Source of the DNA: Patescibacteria group bacterium
GTDB taxonomy: Bacteria; Patescibacteriota; 4484-211
Direction of reading: 5' to 3'
DNA length: 64,000 nt
Assembly: GCA_018824115.1 (NCBI GenBank)
Contig: JAHJGY010000070.1
Coordinates: 1,632-65,631 of the forward strand
Of the stretch, positions 1-10,524 are shown one piece after another. Every line of letters starts with the position of its first letter. Position 1 is the stretch's first letter. The notes beneath the pieces were generated by a model, which saw nothing but the letters and a program-made list of their open reading frames with translations, was not told the origin of the DNA and searched no databases. Made by a program: the position numbers and the translations under genes.

Positions 1-846
1 TCCGTAAAGTATGGCGAGGAGCGAGAAGATAGTAAAGACTGTTCCTAAAAGCTGGAATTGTGAACGGGCATCAAATAGGGGCAGCCAATCATGATTGTAT
101 TTTACCGAGAACCCATTGGTAGCCATGAGGACTGCTTGTTGGTGAGCTCTAATGCCGTAAGGTGTTAGTAATGTGGCTAAGGCAGAAATAGTGACAATGA
201 AGATCAGGAATTGGTAAAGTTGTTTCTTTTTGGAGGCTGGGAGGAATGAGCGATAAATGTCAAAAAGCTGGAAAACGACAAGTAACGAAAAAAAACAAAA
301 ACCCAGGATAAACCCACCGTGAGCATTAGCCCAGATAACAAATAAGGGTGGAACAATCCAGAATAGCTTTAAGTTAGGCAGTTGCTTTTTGGGTCGATAT
401 TTCGTTTTTTCGTAAATATAGTAAAGGATAGTCAAGCCAAGAAAGGTGATACATTGGGTTCTTAAACCAACGACTTTATTGGCTAAAAGAGCAAAGAGAA
501 TAATGAGAAAGCAAGACTTTGTTGTTTTGAGCCTCTTTTTTGTTATCTGAGTAATTAGCCAAAAGCCAATGGTGACAATTAAGCTGTAAAATAGACTTAT
601 ACCCCAGAGCCCTGAGTATCGGTAAACAAGATACAGAAGAACTTCGGTAAGCCAACTGTGATAAACGTAAGGGTAATCAGGCATAGTGAAAGTGAAGATG
701 TCTTTTTGGGGGATTGTGTGATTCTCCCAAATATAATGGCCGGTAGCCAGGTGGAATCCAAAATCAGGATCAACAGCAACGCTGAGATAGAGAGTGATGG
801 TTAGAAGGAAAAAGATTGTGAGAAATAGCAAGTTCTTTTTTTTCAT
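1..846 (-). CDS. Polytopic membrane protein, putative GT-C-like glycosyltransferase (partial, runs off the window start)
   Basis: Not in the ORF track. Manual translation from ATG 846 gives MKKKNLLFLTIFFLL...DPDFGFHLATGHYIWENHTIPQKDIFTFTMPDYPYVYHSWLTE and later WANAHGGF, motifs of a widespread membrane protein family. Only parts of the frame were read. Confidence 0.7.
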   Translation of the reverse strand, partial: MKKKNLLFLTIFFLLTITLYLSVAVDPDFGFHLATGHYIWENHTIPQKDIFTFTMPDYPYVYHSWLTEVLLYLVYRYSGLWGISLFYSLIVTIGFWLITQITKKRLKTTKSCFLIILFALLANKVVGLRTQCITFLGLTILYYIYEKTKYRPKKQLPNLKLFWIVPPLFVIWANAHGGFILGFCFFSLLVVFQLFDIYRSFLPASKKKQLYQFLIFIVTISALATLLTPYGIRAHQQAVLMATNGFSVKYNHDWLPLFDARSQFQLLGTVFTIFSLLAILYG

Positions 847-872
847 TTTCAACAAAAACCAGTAGTTATTAA

Positions 873-1062
873 TGAGAATCCACTCGGAAACTGTTTTCGT
901 TTTTGTACCAAACTAAGAAATCCTTCACTAAACTCGTAAACTCCTCTTCGCTACGCTCGTCGTCAAACAGTACGAGTTCTTCACGCTCAGGATTTCTAGT
1001 TCGGAGCCCCGCCGCCGGCGGGCAGGCGCAAAAACTCAAAATGTTTCTTTGTCGGATTCTCA
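873..1062. repeat. Long imperfect inverted repeat (~190 nt rod hairpin), MITE/REP-like
   Basis: Nested complementary arms TGAGAATCC/GGATTCTCA, GTTTTTG/CAAAAAC, AGAAATCCT/AGGATTTCT, AACTCGTA/TACGAGTT, with an internal CCCGCCGCCGGCGGG palindrome. Confidence 0.75.
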
Positions 1063-1140
1063 CTAAACTGCTTTTAGGTTTTGATCTCATTTAAATTGTA
1101 ACACGTCAAGTGTGGGTTGGGGTGATACAATAAGGTTATC

Positions 1141-2937
1141 ATGGCTAATGATGCCGAAAGGGTCAAAGAGGCAGTTGATATTGTTTCTTTCGTGAATAAG
1201 TATGTTCCTTTAAAACAGGCAGGCCGGAGTTTCAAGGGCTCATGTCCTTTTCATGAGGAAACAAACCCATCCTTTACCGTATCTCCAGAACGGCAGGCCT
1301 GGTATTGCTTTGGTTGTAATCGTGGAGGGGATGTAATTTCCTTTTTAATGGAGAAAGAAGGTTTAGATTTTGTAGAAGCGTTAAAGATTCTGGCTCAACA
1401 GGCGGGGGTGCAGTTGACACAGTCATTTAGCAAGGAAAGTGTAACGGAAAAAGAACGTCTATTAGAGTTAATGAACTTAACTACCCGTTTCTGTCATCAC
1501 TTGCTGGTTAATCATACTGTTGGTGAGAACGCTTTGAAATACTTGCGCCGGAGAGGGGTGAGCGATGAGGCAATTGAAAAGTTCAATTTAGGTTACGCTC
1601 CTCGTTCTTGGCAAGCAACAAGTAAATTTTTGTTAAAACGTGGGTTTAGATTGAGTGAATTAAATGAGGCGGGGATAGTAATTGATAGGGGGCCTGGCAA
1701 GGGTTGGTACGATCGTTTTCGGGGAAGGATAATGTTTCCTTTGCGAGATCATCTGGGACGAGTGCTTGGATTTAGTGGGCGGGCTTTGTTAGAAACACAG
1801 ACGCCAAAATATCTTAATTCTCCAGTGACGTTGTTATTTAAAAAAAACAAGTTCCTTTTTGGCCTGTGTGAGGGGAAAGAGATAATTCGGGCAAAAGGTG
1901 AAGTAATTCTAGTGGAAGGGAACCTGGATATCATTACCGCCCATCAGCATCAGTATGGGAATGTGGTGGCAACCTTGGGTACTGGATTAACTGATGAACA
2001 AGTATCTCTTTTGAAGCGGTTTGCTCAGAAATTCTTTATTTGCTTTGATGCGGATGAAGCGGGAAGAAAGGCTACTTTGAGGGCACTAGAAGTTGCCCAG
2101 TTTCAGGGAATAGACTTGAAAGTTGTTCGGTTGGAAGGGGGTCAGGATTTAGATCAGGTTCTAAGAGATGATGCTCCTTTATTTAAAAAAAGTTTGGCCG
2201 CGGCGCAGAATGCTTTTGATTATTTAGTTGCTCAAGGTAAAGGAGAATATGATGTGAGTCAGCCCGAGGGAAAGTCTCAGTTGTTGCGTTTTGTTTTTCC
2301 GTTTATTAATAAAACGGCTGCGGAGGTGGTGAAAAGGTCGTATATTACTTTGCTAAGTGAGGAGCTGAACATCGAGGAGGCAGTGGTTCTGGCTGACCTG
2401 AATACGCTGCAGCAACAAGCAGGTGTAAGACAAGAAGAGGGTGCAGTAACTGGAAGGACTAAACTAATGACTGCTCAAAAGGGTCGCTACGAAGTTGTTT
2501 GTGAGAATTTACTATCTTTGATTATTGAAACGCCACCAGTAGTTTGGCGAGATGAAGAATTTTACCAGCTTATGAAAAGCATACCTGATGAGTTCTGGGT
2601 TTTACCAGCACACCAGGGTATTTGGCGGGTAATTAGCGGGCAACTTAAGGAAACACCGAGATTGGATGTGGATGCTCTGTCCGAACAGTTACTAGCTTTA
2701 GAAAAGAAAATTCTCAACTTGCTAGTTATGAAAAGCCTTGCTAAAATAGACAGCAGTAATGCCTTTTGGAGCCAGTTAATTGCTGCGGTTATGGAATTCA
2801 AAAGGGCATTTTTGAAGAAGAGAATTGCCGAGTTTTCAGCGAAAATCAAGGAAGCGGAGAATCGAGGGGACAAAGGCACTGTAGCAGAATTAATGGGGAA
2901 GGTTCGTGAGTTCAGTGAGAAATTAAATGCCATCTAA
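1141..2937 (+). CDS. dnaG: DNA primase
   Basis: CHC2 zinc finger (CPFHEE...CFGC), KYLNSP, TOPRIM VEG...FDADEAG, adjacent to rpoD. Confidence 0.98.
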   Translation: MANDAERVKEAVDIVSFVNKYVPLKQAGRSFKGSCPFHEETNPSFTVSPERQAWYCFGCNRGGDVISFLMEKEGLDFVEALKILAQQAGVQLTQSFSKESVTEKERLLELMNLTTRFCHHLLVNHTVGENALKYLRRRGVSDEAIEKFNLGYAPRSWQATSKFLLKRGFRLSELNEAGIVIDRGPGKGWYDRFRGRIMFPLRDHLGRVLGFSGRALLETQTPKYLNSPVTLLFKKNKFLFGLCEGKEIIRAKGEVILVEGNLDIITAHQHQYGNVVATLGTGLTDEQVSLLKRFAQKFFICFDADEAGRKATLRALEVAQFQGIDLKVVRLEGGQDLDQVLRDDAPLFKKSLAAAQNAFDYLVAQGKGEYDVSQPEGKSQLLRFVFPFINKTAAEVVKRSYITLLSEELNIEEAVVLADLNTLQQQAGVRQEEGAVTGRTKLMTAQKGRYEVVCENLLSLIIETPPVVWRDEEFYQLMKSIPDEFWVLPAHQGIWRVISGQLKETPRLDVDALSEQLLALEKKILNLLVMKSLAKIDSSNAFWSQLIAAVMEFKRAFLKKRIAEFSAKIKEAENRGDKGTVAELMGKVREFSEKLNAI

Positions 2938-4012
2938 AGCTGATACCCATAAAATAAAAAAGTTAGTTAAGTTAGGTAAACAGAAAGGTTATCTCACAAT
3001 CGAGGATATTCTGGTCATTTTCCCTAAGGCCGAGGAGGATATTGAAGTATTGGATCATTTGTATCAAGTATTGCTGGAGGAAAGTATTGATCTACTGGAT
3101 ACCCAAGGCAAATCTGAGGACGAAGAACTGGAAGAGTCTAAGCTGGTTAAGGATTTAGAAAAGGTGGCTACGGTTTCCGCGCGGGTGAAAACAGATTCTA
3201 TACGTATGTACCTTTCCGAGATTGGTAAAGTGCCTTTATTGGTTAAAGAGGAGGAAGTGGATTTGGCAAAGAGGGTAGAAGGGGGAGAGAAGGCTGCAGT
3301 AGAGAAGTTAATTCGATCAAATCTTCGCCTAGTTGTTTCGTTGGCGAAGAAATATCTGGGTCGAGGGTTAAGTATGCTGGATTTAATCCAAGAGGGAAAT
3401 ATTGGATTAATGAAGGCGGTATATAAATATGATTGGCGACGCGGGTTTAAATTTTCTACCTATGCTACTTGGTGGATTCGTCAGGCAATTACTCGGGCAA
3501 TTGCCGATCAGGCACGGACAATCCGAATTCCTGTCCATATGGTGGAGACGAAAAATAAGTATTTTAGAACCGCACGTCGCTTAGCTCAGGAATTAGGTCG
3601 TGAACCAGATCCAGGAGAAGTTGCCGAAGAAATGGGTATTCCCGAAGAGAAGGCCTATCAGATTATTCGCATTGCTCAAGAGCCATTGTCTCTAGAGAAG
3701 CCGGTGGGAGAAGAAGAGGATTCTAAATTAGGAGATTTTCTGGAAGATAAACTGGTTATGTCGCCTGACGAAGCGGCATCCCAGGAACTATTAAAAGACC
3801 ACCTCGGCCAGGTGTTAGATAGTTTGCCTCCTCGAGAGCGAAAGGTGTTAAGCTTGCGTTTTGGTCTAGAAACTGGAAGACAGAGGACATTAGAGGAAGT
3901 AGGACGTATGTTTGGTGTAACACGAGAAAGGATAAGGCAGATAGAAGCGAAAGCATTGCGTAAACTTCGTCATCCGACGCGGGCGAAGAAGCTAAAGGAT
4001 TACTTGGGTTAG
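2927..4012 (+). CDS. rpoD: RNA polymerase primary sigma factor
   Basis: [43 protein letters not shown], region 4 TRERIRQIE. Confidence 0.98.
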   Translation: MPSKADTHKIKKLVKLGKQKGYLTIEDILVIFPKAEEDIEVLDHLYQVLLEESIDLLDTQGKSEDEELEESKLVKDLEKVATVSARVKTDSIRMYLSEIGKVPLLVKEEEVDLAKRVEGGEKAAVEKLIRSNLRLVVSLAKKYLGRGLSMLDLIQEGNIGLMKAVYKYDWRRGFKFSTYATWWIRQAITRAIADQARTIRIPVHMVETKNKYFRTARRLAQELGREPDPGEVAEEMGIPEEKAYQIIRIAQEPLSLEKPVGEEEDSKLGDFLEDKLVMSPDEAASQELLKDHLGQVLDSLPPRERKVLSLRFGLETGRQRTLEEVGRMFGVTRERIRQIEAKALRKLRHPTRAKKLKDYLG

Positions 4013-4539
4013 ATATTATACACAGAGGTGGACGTGGAGGGCGTGGGTTGGAAGACCAGTGAGTTGCGAACGGTAAAACAAGCTTCTTCTATGGAGCACT
4101 GCTTGATGGCCACGATTTCCGACGCAATTAGAGAAATTGCCAAGGTGTAGAGTCGTCTTTTAGACAAAGAGAGGCTTTTTCCTTCTTGTTGGCGGTAAAT
4201 TTTTTCATAGAACAGAAATTTAATGATGTTGAGAACATTAGTGGGATCGGTTAAGTTGATCTCCTGTGGGATCTTTGCAGTCCGCAGGAAATCTTGTTGA
4301 TCTCCCAGGAGTGGTTCTTTAAGAATTTCGAGCAGAGTGATAATTTTGTCCACAGGTAATGGCAGGCGCAATCCAACAGTGTTAGCGGTATCAACGGGGA
4401 TTTTTATGATGATCTCCTCCAGAAGAGGATTGATGACATAGCAGGTTTTCTTTTGATCGCAGATTAAAATATGAGCGAGATCGATAATTTCTCCCGCACC
4501 GAATCGAGGATGAATCACATATTGGCCTACGGAAAACAT
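4009..4539 (-). CDS. CarD family transcriptional regulator
   Basis: N-terminus [17 protein letters not shown] and IKIPV...VGLR typical of the CarD/TRCF RID domain. Confidence 0.85.
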   Translation of the reverse strand: MFSVGQYVIHPRFGAGEIIDLAHILICDQKKTCYVINPLLEEIIIKIPVDTANTVGLRLPLPVDKIITLLEILKEPLLGDQQDFLRTAKIPQEINLTDPTNVLNIIKFLFYEKIYRQQEGKSLSLSKRRLYTLAISLIASEIVAIKQCSIEEACFTVRNSLVFQPTPSTSTSVYNI

Positions 4540-4669
4540 AGTTCAAGTTTACCTTATTATAGCAAGAACTTTAAGTTTTTACAATCACCGGATTTGTGTG
4601 GTATGATTCAGCTAAGTAGGGCCCGGATTCGAGTTGGTTATTCTGACTTGAACCCACCTTGTTTTTATT

Positions 4670-4784
4670 GAGCCCGCCCAAAATCGCCCCCGGCGATATT
4701 GTGGCGGACTAATCCCGCCCGCCTCGCTACGCGAAGCGTTGCGGGCAGGTCGGCGCAACCCCGCTTAGCGGGGGCGCTCATTGA
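4670..4784 (+). repeat. Modular hairpin element, copy 1 (dodecin leader), with nested REP insert
   Basis: GGCGGACTAAT[insert]TCGGCGCAACCCCGCTTAGCGGGGGCGCTCATTGA, matching copies at 31339, 47488, 50570 and 53815. Confidence 0.75.
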
Positions 4785-4797
4785 GGGGGTGATTTAT

Positions 4798-5010
4798 ATG
4801 ACGGTGAAGATTATTGAATTAGTTGGGACTTCTCCGGAGAATTTTGGCGAAGCGGTTGAGAATGCAGTCGAAAGGGCTTCGAGAACAATCCGCAATATTT
4901 CTGGTGTTGATATTATAAAATTTTCGGCTAAGACCGAGAAAGGTAAGATTGTTGAGTATCGAGCGAATGTTAAAATTGCTTTTACGGTGGAGGACGGAGA
5001 GGGAGTGTAA
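4798..5010 (+). CDS. Dodecin family flavin-binding protein
   Basis: 70 aa MTVKIIELVGTS...VEYRANVKIAF; SD-like GAGGGGGT precedes ATG 4798. Confidence 0.9.
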   Translation: MTVKIIELVGTSPENFGEAVENAVERASRTIRNISGVDIIKFSAKTEKGKIVEYRANVKIAFTVEDGEGV

Positions 5011-5018
5011 TTTGTAAG

Positions 5019-5053
5019 AAGCTAACTAGCTAATGAAGCTAATAAGCTTTGTA
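5019..5053 (+). repeat. AAGCTAAT-type short tandem repeat array
   Basis: aagctaactagctaatgaagctaataagct; the same unit recurs at 58343-58440 and 58928-58966. Confidence 0.7.
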
Positions 5054-5055
5054 TC

Positions 5056-6012
5056 ATGTTTGATATTGTTTCTATTGGCCACGCCACAGTCGATTTTTTT
5101 CTGGAGCTTGACCCTAAGATGGCGCCATTGATGTGGTCGGAAAAAAAGAAGGAATCCTTTGTTTGTTTAGATTTTGACGATAAAACCCCGGTTAAAAAGA
5201 CAAGTTGGTCTCTAGGTGGTAATGCGGTAAACAGCGGGATTGGGTTGTGTCGTTTAGGTGTTAATATAGCTCTGGTTTCGGAAGTGGGGCAAGATGAGTG
5301 GGGAGATTTAGTACGTCGGGTACTGCTAGAGGAGAAGCTGAAGCTGGATTATTTTAGGATTAATCCGGGACAGGTGACTGATTTGTCTGTGATCCTAATA
5401 CTTAAGGGTGAGCGGACGATCCTTGCTTATCACTACCCGCGTGATTATTGGTTTCCTGAAGAGTTTCCCAAAACAAAATGGATTTATCTAACCTCGCTGG
5501 GGAAGAAATTTCCCGCCTTTCATGACCAACTGATTCTCTTGTTGGAACAGACGGATATTCGGCTGGCTTATAATCCGGGGATGCATGAGTTATTAGTCGG
5601 AAGAGAGGCGAGTAGCAAGATAATTAAAAGATCCGAAGTATTGCTGGTAAATCGAGAGGAGGCAGGAGAATTAGTTGGCCAGAGGCCCTCGCAGGTGAAT
5701 GAGCAGTTATTGATTGACTTGCGTAATTTGGGGCCGGAGATAGTGGTAATTACAGACGGGAAAGATGGAAGCTTTGCCTACGATGGTAATAAGTTTTACC
5801 AACAAGGAGTTTGTTCGGCTGAACGAGTCGAAATGACTGGAGCCGGAGATTCTTTCTCGGCTGGGTTTCTAGCAGCCCTCACTCACGATAAGGGCATTAC
5901 GGAAGCGCTCAAGTGGGGAACAGTTAATAGCGCCTCGGTAATAGGTTTTGTTGGTTCTACGGAAGGGCTTCTTACGCTTGATGTTCTAGAAGAGAGAGTA
6001 AGTAGGTTATAG
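5056..6012 (+). CDS. PfkB family carbohydrate kinase
   Basis: GGNAVN, NREEA, TDGKDG and C-terminal MTGAGDSF signature. Confidence 0.93.
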   Translation: MFDIVSIGHATVDFFLELDPKMAPLMWSEKKKESFVCLDFDDKTPVKKTSWSLGGNAVNSGIGLCRLGVNIALVSEVGQDEWGDLVRRVLLEEKLKLDYFRINPGQVTDLSVILILKGERTILAYHYPRDYWFPEEFPKTKWIYLTSLGKKFPAFHDQLILLLEQTDIRLAYNPGMHELLVGREASSKIIKRSEVLLVNREEAGELVGQRPSQVNEQLLIDLRNLGPEIVVITDGKDGSFAYDGNKFYQQGVCSAERVEMTGAGDSFSAGFLAALTHDKGITEALKWGTVNSASVIGFVGSTEGLLTLDVLEERVSRL

Positions 6013-6246
6013 TATTTATTTCCTAAGAGTATAATTGTGCACACGTGAACCTTCTAGACGAGACCTTTTCCTTGCCGTAATTTGTGTAATCATGTTTTCA
6101 CGTTTCATAACGTCCTCTCCCCTTGTCTGCCGCCATTGCCTTTCGTGGTGCTAATTATGGCGTTTTAGTTATTGTATTTATGCGCTGATCCAGGCCGATG
6201 ATACGCCCAATCCCTGTTAGATAAGTAAAAACATCGCCCAATCACA

Positions 6247-6275
6247 TTGCAAGGCCCATAGGAATTGGTTATAAT
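6247..6275 (+). promoter_or_regulatory. Sigma70 promoter of the beta-helix gene
   Basis: TTGCAA-17 nt-TATAAT, followed by boxA-like GCACGTTAACAAT at 6312-6324. Confidence 0.65.
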
Positions 6276-6490
6276 ATAGGTACAGAAAGTTTCTCTAGGC
6301 TTTCTGTTTTGGCACGTTAACAATCCTAGCTTTTCCAACCGGGAACTCGCGAAGAGTATTAATGGGGTCTAAGCTCCAAACTCTAAGTGAGAGGAGAATT
6401 GGGTTGATATTTTGTAGTTAGGTTTAGCTGGACCATTTAGTTTTTCCGTTTGGCGGGCACTGCCCGCCCCTAATCTCTGAGGAGGTAAGA

Positions 6491-8245
6491 ATGAGCAAGA
6501 ATCATACTTGGCTGGCCATTGGGCTGGCAGTAGCTCTCCTTGTTTGTCTGGCCGTGACTGTTACGGCCCAAACGAATGAGGGTGTCGTGGCATCGTGTTT
6601 GGTGCGCGTGGGTGAAGTGGACTATACCAACGTGCAGGATGCTGTGGACGCAGCCCGGCCGGGCGATGTAGTTAAAGTCGCCGGTTATTGTGCCGGGTCT
6701 GGGGTGTCAACCCAGTATTACATTACGGTTGACACTATGTTCCCCGAGCAGGAGGCAGTGGTTCTGCGGGCGTCCCCTGCAGTCCAAGTTATTAGAGGGC
6801 AAGGAGGGCGATTCAAGACCCTGTTTGCCGAGTCTGGGGTCGAGGTAAGTCATGCGGTAGTGATCGCCAAGTCCATTACCATCCGTGGCGGTTACGACCC
6901 GTCGGACTGGGAACAGTCCGACCCCGATGTCCACCCGGCCACGATAGATGCTGGGGGCGAAGCCTACGGCATTTACGTTACCGACGGTAACGTTGTCGTG
7001 GAGAATCTCCGGGTGACCGGTGGTTATGGGTGGAACGGCGCGGGAATGCGGGTTGAGGGCTGGTCCGCGAACTTGGTGATGAGCAACTGCGTGATTTTCG
7101 ATAACCATGCCCATTACGACGGCGGCGGACTGTACATCCTGGAAGATGATGAGGCTGAGTTGATCGGTAATACCATCTACTCCAACACCGCTGGCTACAG
7201 TGGCGGTGGGATGTCTCTCGTTCGGTCCAACGCTATGGTGATCAGTAACACCATCCGCTATAACCGTGCTGGCAATGGCGGTGGCGGGCTTGAGATGTGG
7301 TACAGCGATGCCGTGCTCCGCGGCAACGAGATCTTTTCTAACACATCTCTTGCTGATGGGGGAGGGGTGCTTCTCTACAATAGTGATGCTTTAGTGGAGG
7401 GTAATCGTATCCAGGGGAACGTTGCCGACCCCACGGAGTATGGGAAGGGTGGTGGCCTGGACCTATATGGTAGCGATGCCACCCTGCGTGGGAACGCGAT
7501 CGTTTCCAACGTTGCCTGGCTTGCAGGCGCTCTATACGTCTACGATAGTGTACCTGTATTCGAAAACAATTACCTTTGCAACCAGGCGACGATCACAACC
7601 TCCCATGAGACGTATCCCCACTGGCTTGTCCCGGTTGCCCTTGAACTTTCCCCGCTGACCGAGACAATCCTGGCGGGCAACAGCCAAGCCTATAGCGCAC
7701 GGGCTTTGGGTATCCATGACAACACCTGGTGCGCACGTGGAGTCGCCTACTCCACACCTGCAGAAGCAGGTGGCGTCTGGGAGAACGACATCTACGTTTC
7801 CGAAAATGCCGGGACCTGGACGGTCATCGGCAAGTACGAGGAGGTGAGCGGTTACGCCGAGCTGGTTGTGAAACCAATCCCCACCCACCTCGTCTACCTG
7901 CCGCTGGTGGCCCGGAACTATGAGGGACCTAGACTCGAGGCGGATCCGACTAGCCTCGAGTTTGTAGTTTCGGCAGCGGAGACGGAGGAGGCGGATGTGA
8001 CACTCCGCAATGTGGGGTCTGAGCTATTGGAGATTTGGCTCAGGAATAAGGAGGAAATCCCCGCCTGGTTTGATATAGATGCTCCGGGCACGACCTTGAT
8101 CCTGCCCGGAAGTTGGACGACCATGCAGGTTAGAGTTGATTCTGCCGGTATGGAAGTTGGCGAGTATAGATACACGCTTGCCATTGAGTCCAACGGGGGT
8201 AATGCGAGTGTCGCAGTGACGATGATTGTCGTCGCGACGCCCTAA
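6491..8245 (+). CDS. Secreted right-handed parallel beta-helix (pectin-lyase-like) protein with C-terminal Ig-like domain
   Basis: Signal peptide, VQDAVDAA, repeated N..GGG motifs, VYLPLV motif, strong SD GAGGAGGT, GC-rich. Confidence 0.85.
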   Translation: MSKNHTWLAIGLAVALLVCLAVTVTAQTNEGVVASCLVRVGEVDYTNVQDAVDAARPGDVVKVAGYCAGSGVSTQYYITVDTMFPEQEAVVLRASPAVQVIRGQGGRFKTLFAESGVEVSHAVVIAKSITIRGGYDPSDWEQSDPDVHPATIDAGGEAYGIYVTDGNVVVENLRVTGGYGWNGAGMRVEGWSANLVMSNCVIFDNHAHYDGGGLYILEDDEAELIGNTIYSNTAGYSGGGMSLVRSNAMVISNTIRYNRAGNGGGGLEMWYSDAVLRGNEIFSNTSLADGGGVLLYNSDALVEGNRIQGNVADPTEYGKGGGLDLYGSDATLRGNAIVSNVAWLAGALYVYDSVPVFENNYLCNQATITTSHETYPHWLVPVALELSPLTETILAGNSQAYSARALGIHDNTWCARGVAYSTPAEAGGVWENDIYVSENAGTWTVIGKYEEVSGYAELVVKPIPTHLVYLPLVARNYEGPRLEADPTSLEFVVSAAETEEADVTLRNVGSELLEIWLRNKEEIPAWFDIDAPGTTLILPGSWTTMQVRVDSAGMEVGEYRYTLAIESNGGNASVAVTMIVVATP

Positions 8246-8260
8246 TCTCCAGTTAGCTTA

Positions 8261-8375
8261 GGAACAGGGGTTTCCCGGCCCCTGTTCCCCAGAAACAAAC
8301 ATTAAGGCCCCGGAGGGGCCGCCGACAAAATGTCAGAACTAACGACATCGGCGGCCCCTTACCCGGGGCCTTTTG
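8261..8375 (+). terminator. Two GC-rich hairpins, the second followed by a U-tract (intrinsic terminator)
   Basis: GGAACAGGGG/CCCCTGTTCC and AAGGCCCCGG-GGGGCCGCCGA/TCGGCGGCCCC-CCGGGGCCTTTT. Confidence 0.7.
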
Positions 8376-8512
8376 TTATTTACGGGTCCCCTTCTGGCCG
8401 TGGTAGCTCCGGGTGCTTCATGAGGGGTTTGTTTCTCTCTGGGTGGTGTGAGGGAGCGGCTATTTAACCCGGTTGTTGCCAGTAGGTTTCGGGCTGTGTT
8501 AACCTAATAAGA

Positions 8513-9658
8513 GTGAATAATAAACTTTGGCGCGCAGTTTCTTTACAAATAGGTACAATTATTGGGGCAGGCATTTTTGGACTGCCTTACGCTATTGCCC
8601 ACGCAGGTTTGCCTTTGGGTGTTTTCTATTTGGTTTTTCTGACAATAATTAGTTTGTTGGTAAATCTCGCTTATGCCGAGGTTATTTTGCGGACCCCGGG
8701 AGATCACCAGTTAACCGGCTATAGCCGGTTATATTTGCGGAGGGCCGGTACGGTTTTGGGCTCAATGGCCTTAATGGCAGGTTCGTATGGAGCGCTCTTA
8801 GCTTACACGGCTCAGATGGGTAAGTTTGCCAGCCTTTTGTCCTCAACACTAAACACAGATTTCTTCTTTAGTTTAGCTATTTTTTCTTTTGCCGTGTTGG
8901 CGGTGGTTTCGGGTTTAAAACGGATTTCTCAGTTGGAATCGCTCATTGTTCCGGGGATTATCACCGTGGTTTTTTTGGTTATTATTTTGGGTTTAAAAGA
9001 ATTTGAATTTGGAAATATCCCTTTGGGCTTTAATGATTTGGGGGCGGCAATTACCCCTTATGGCGTGATATTCTTTGCCCTTAGCGGCACTTCGGTGATA
9101 CCAGAGGTAGAGGAGGTACTGCGCGATAAGCGTCAGTTGATGAAGAAAGCGATGTTATTGGGAACGCTAGTTCCCGCTGTAATTTATCTGGTTTTTACGT
9201 TAGTGATTATTGGTATTTCGGGGGCGGCCACTTCGGCAGATGCTGTGAGTGGGTTACAACCGTTCTTACCACTATTTATTATTAAAATCGGTGCCTTATT
9301 AGGTTTGTTAACTATGTTTTCTTCTTTCTTAACCCTGAGTTATGTATTAAAGGAGATGTTTTATCGCGATTTTGGTTTAAATACTTCTTTAGCATGGCTG
9401 CTTAGTTTCGGGCCGCCATTGGCTTTATTTCTTTTGGGAACTCGCGGCTTTATTAGGATTCTGGAAGTTAGCGGGAGTTTAATGGGCGGCTTAACAGGAA
9501 TAATTATCATGCAGCTTTTCCTGCAAGCCAAGAAAGAAGGCCAACGAGAGTCGCCTTTAGATTTATCTTTACCACATTGGGTCATTGTTTTAATTTGTTT
9601 GGTGTTTGTTGGGGGGATGGCGTATGAGGTGATACCGATGATTGTTCGGTTGTTGTGA
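8513..9658 (+). CDS. Aromatic amino acid permease family (TyrP/Mtr-like) transporter
   Basis: GTIIGAGIFGLP TM1 motif and about 11 hydrophobic segments. Confidence 0.88.
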   Translation: MNNKLWRAVSLQIGTIIGAGIFGLPYAIAHAGLPLGVFYLVFLTIISLLVNLAYAEVILRTPGDHQLTGYSRLYLRRAGTVLGSMALMAGSYGALLAYTAQMGKFASLLSSTLNTDFFFSLAIFSFAVLAVVSGLKRISQLESLIVPGIITVVFLVIILGLKEFEFGNIPLGFNDLGAAITPYGVIFFALSGTSVIPEVEEVLRDKRQLMKKAMLLGTLVPAVIYLVFTLVIIGISGAATSADAVSGLQPFLPLFIIKIGALLGLLTMFSSFLTLSYVLKEMFYRDFGLNTSLAWLLSFGPPLALFLLGTRGFIRILEVSGSLMGGLTGIIIMQLFLQAKKEGQRESPLDLSLPHWVIVLICLVFVGGMAYEVIPMIVRLL

Positions 9659-9710
9659 ATTTAATAAAGCTCTAACTCGTTTAATTTGACCAGCGCAACA
9701 ACACATATCT

Positions 9711-10367
9711 ATGTTTCTTGTTCAACCTTATGGTTTAATTATTCTCACGGCCGTTGTTCTTGGTTATTCTTTGTTTCGACGCCGTGTTAGTTCTCTTTCT
9801 ATTACTCCTAAACAACAGGAGACGCTGTTGCTGTTTGTTTTAGTATTTGGACTAGTTGGTGCTCGTTTATACCATGTACTTACCGAGTATTATCGCTACC
9901 AAGGTAATTGGATACAAGTTTTGTGGTGGTGGAAAGGAGGGCTAGGTATCTATGGGGCCGTGTTAGGGGCAATTGCAGCCGGAGCTATTTTTTCGCGAAG
10001 AAACCAAATTTCCCTGCTTCTACTTTTAGATGCCGCAGTACCCTGTCTTTTGCTGGGGCAATCGGTAGGCCGTTTGGCGAATGTAATTAATGAGGAGTTA
10101 CTGCCTTTTGCCTGGTACGATGCGCTTTTATGCCTTTTTCTGTCTGCGGGCATTATTCTTTTGGAGGGGTACTTTCGTTTTAGGCTGGGTTCAGGGAAAG
10201 TAACAGCGGGGTATTTGATAGGTTATGGCACTGGTCGATTTTTTCTTGAGATGTTTAGGGTGCCGCGGTTGTGGCTGGGGTTAGTTAGTTTTACTCAGCT
10301 TGTCAGTTTGATGTTTGTTTTGGTTGGGATATATCTTTTTAAACATCTTGACAGAATATTTAATTAG
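9711..10367 (+). CDS. lgt: Prolipoprotein diacylglyceryl transferase
   Basis: GARLYHV, GGLGIYGA, GQSVGRLANVINEE, RFFLEMFR motifs. Confidence 0.9.
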   Translation: MFLVQPYGLIILTAVVLGYSLFRRRVSSLSITPKQQETLLLFVLVFGLVGARLYHVLTEYYRYQGNWIQVLWWWKGGLGIYGAVLGAIAAGAIFSRRNQISLLLLLDAAVPCLLLGQSVGRLANVINEELLPFAWYDALLCLFLSAGIILLEGYFRFRLGSGKVTAGYLIGYGTGRFFLEMFRVPRLWLGLVSFTQLVSLMFVLVGIYLFKHLDRIFN

Positions 10368-10376
10368 CCATATAAT
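10348..10376 (+). promoter_or_regulatory. Consensus sigma70 promoter for the greA pair
   Basis: TTGACA-17 nt-TATAAT. Confidence 0.8.
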
Positions 10377-10524
10377 GTGCGCGTTATCTTTCAGTATTTA
10401 TCCGCCTCAGTTATTGCTTATCCCTTAACTTAAGCCGTCTGTGTGGGCTGGGTGTGGTTTGCGTTTGATTAGGAGATGTAGTAAGCTCTCTTTGTTAAAC
10501 GTGATGAGTTTTGGAGGTTAGAGT

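Noticed and set aside
597-1094. Short ORFs 597-779, 869-1090 and 903-1094
   Set aside because: The first is out of frame within the real membrane-protein gene; the other two are translations of the palindromic element.
4610-4790. FMN riboswitch upstream of the flavin-binding dodecin
   Set aside because: No RFN consensus (AGGGCGGGGTGAAATTCCCGACCG); the structure is explained by the repeat family.
4699-4797. N-terminal extension of the dodecin ORF
   Set aside because: It is a read-through of the repeat element; the dodecin domain and SD point to ATG 4798.
6016-6108. 30-aa minus-strand ORF with an SD-like GGAGAGG
   Set aside because: Very short with no recognisable motif; cannot be told apart from chance.
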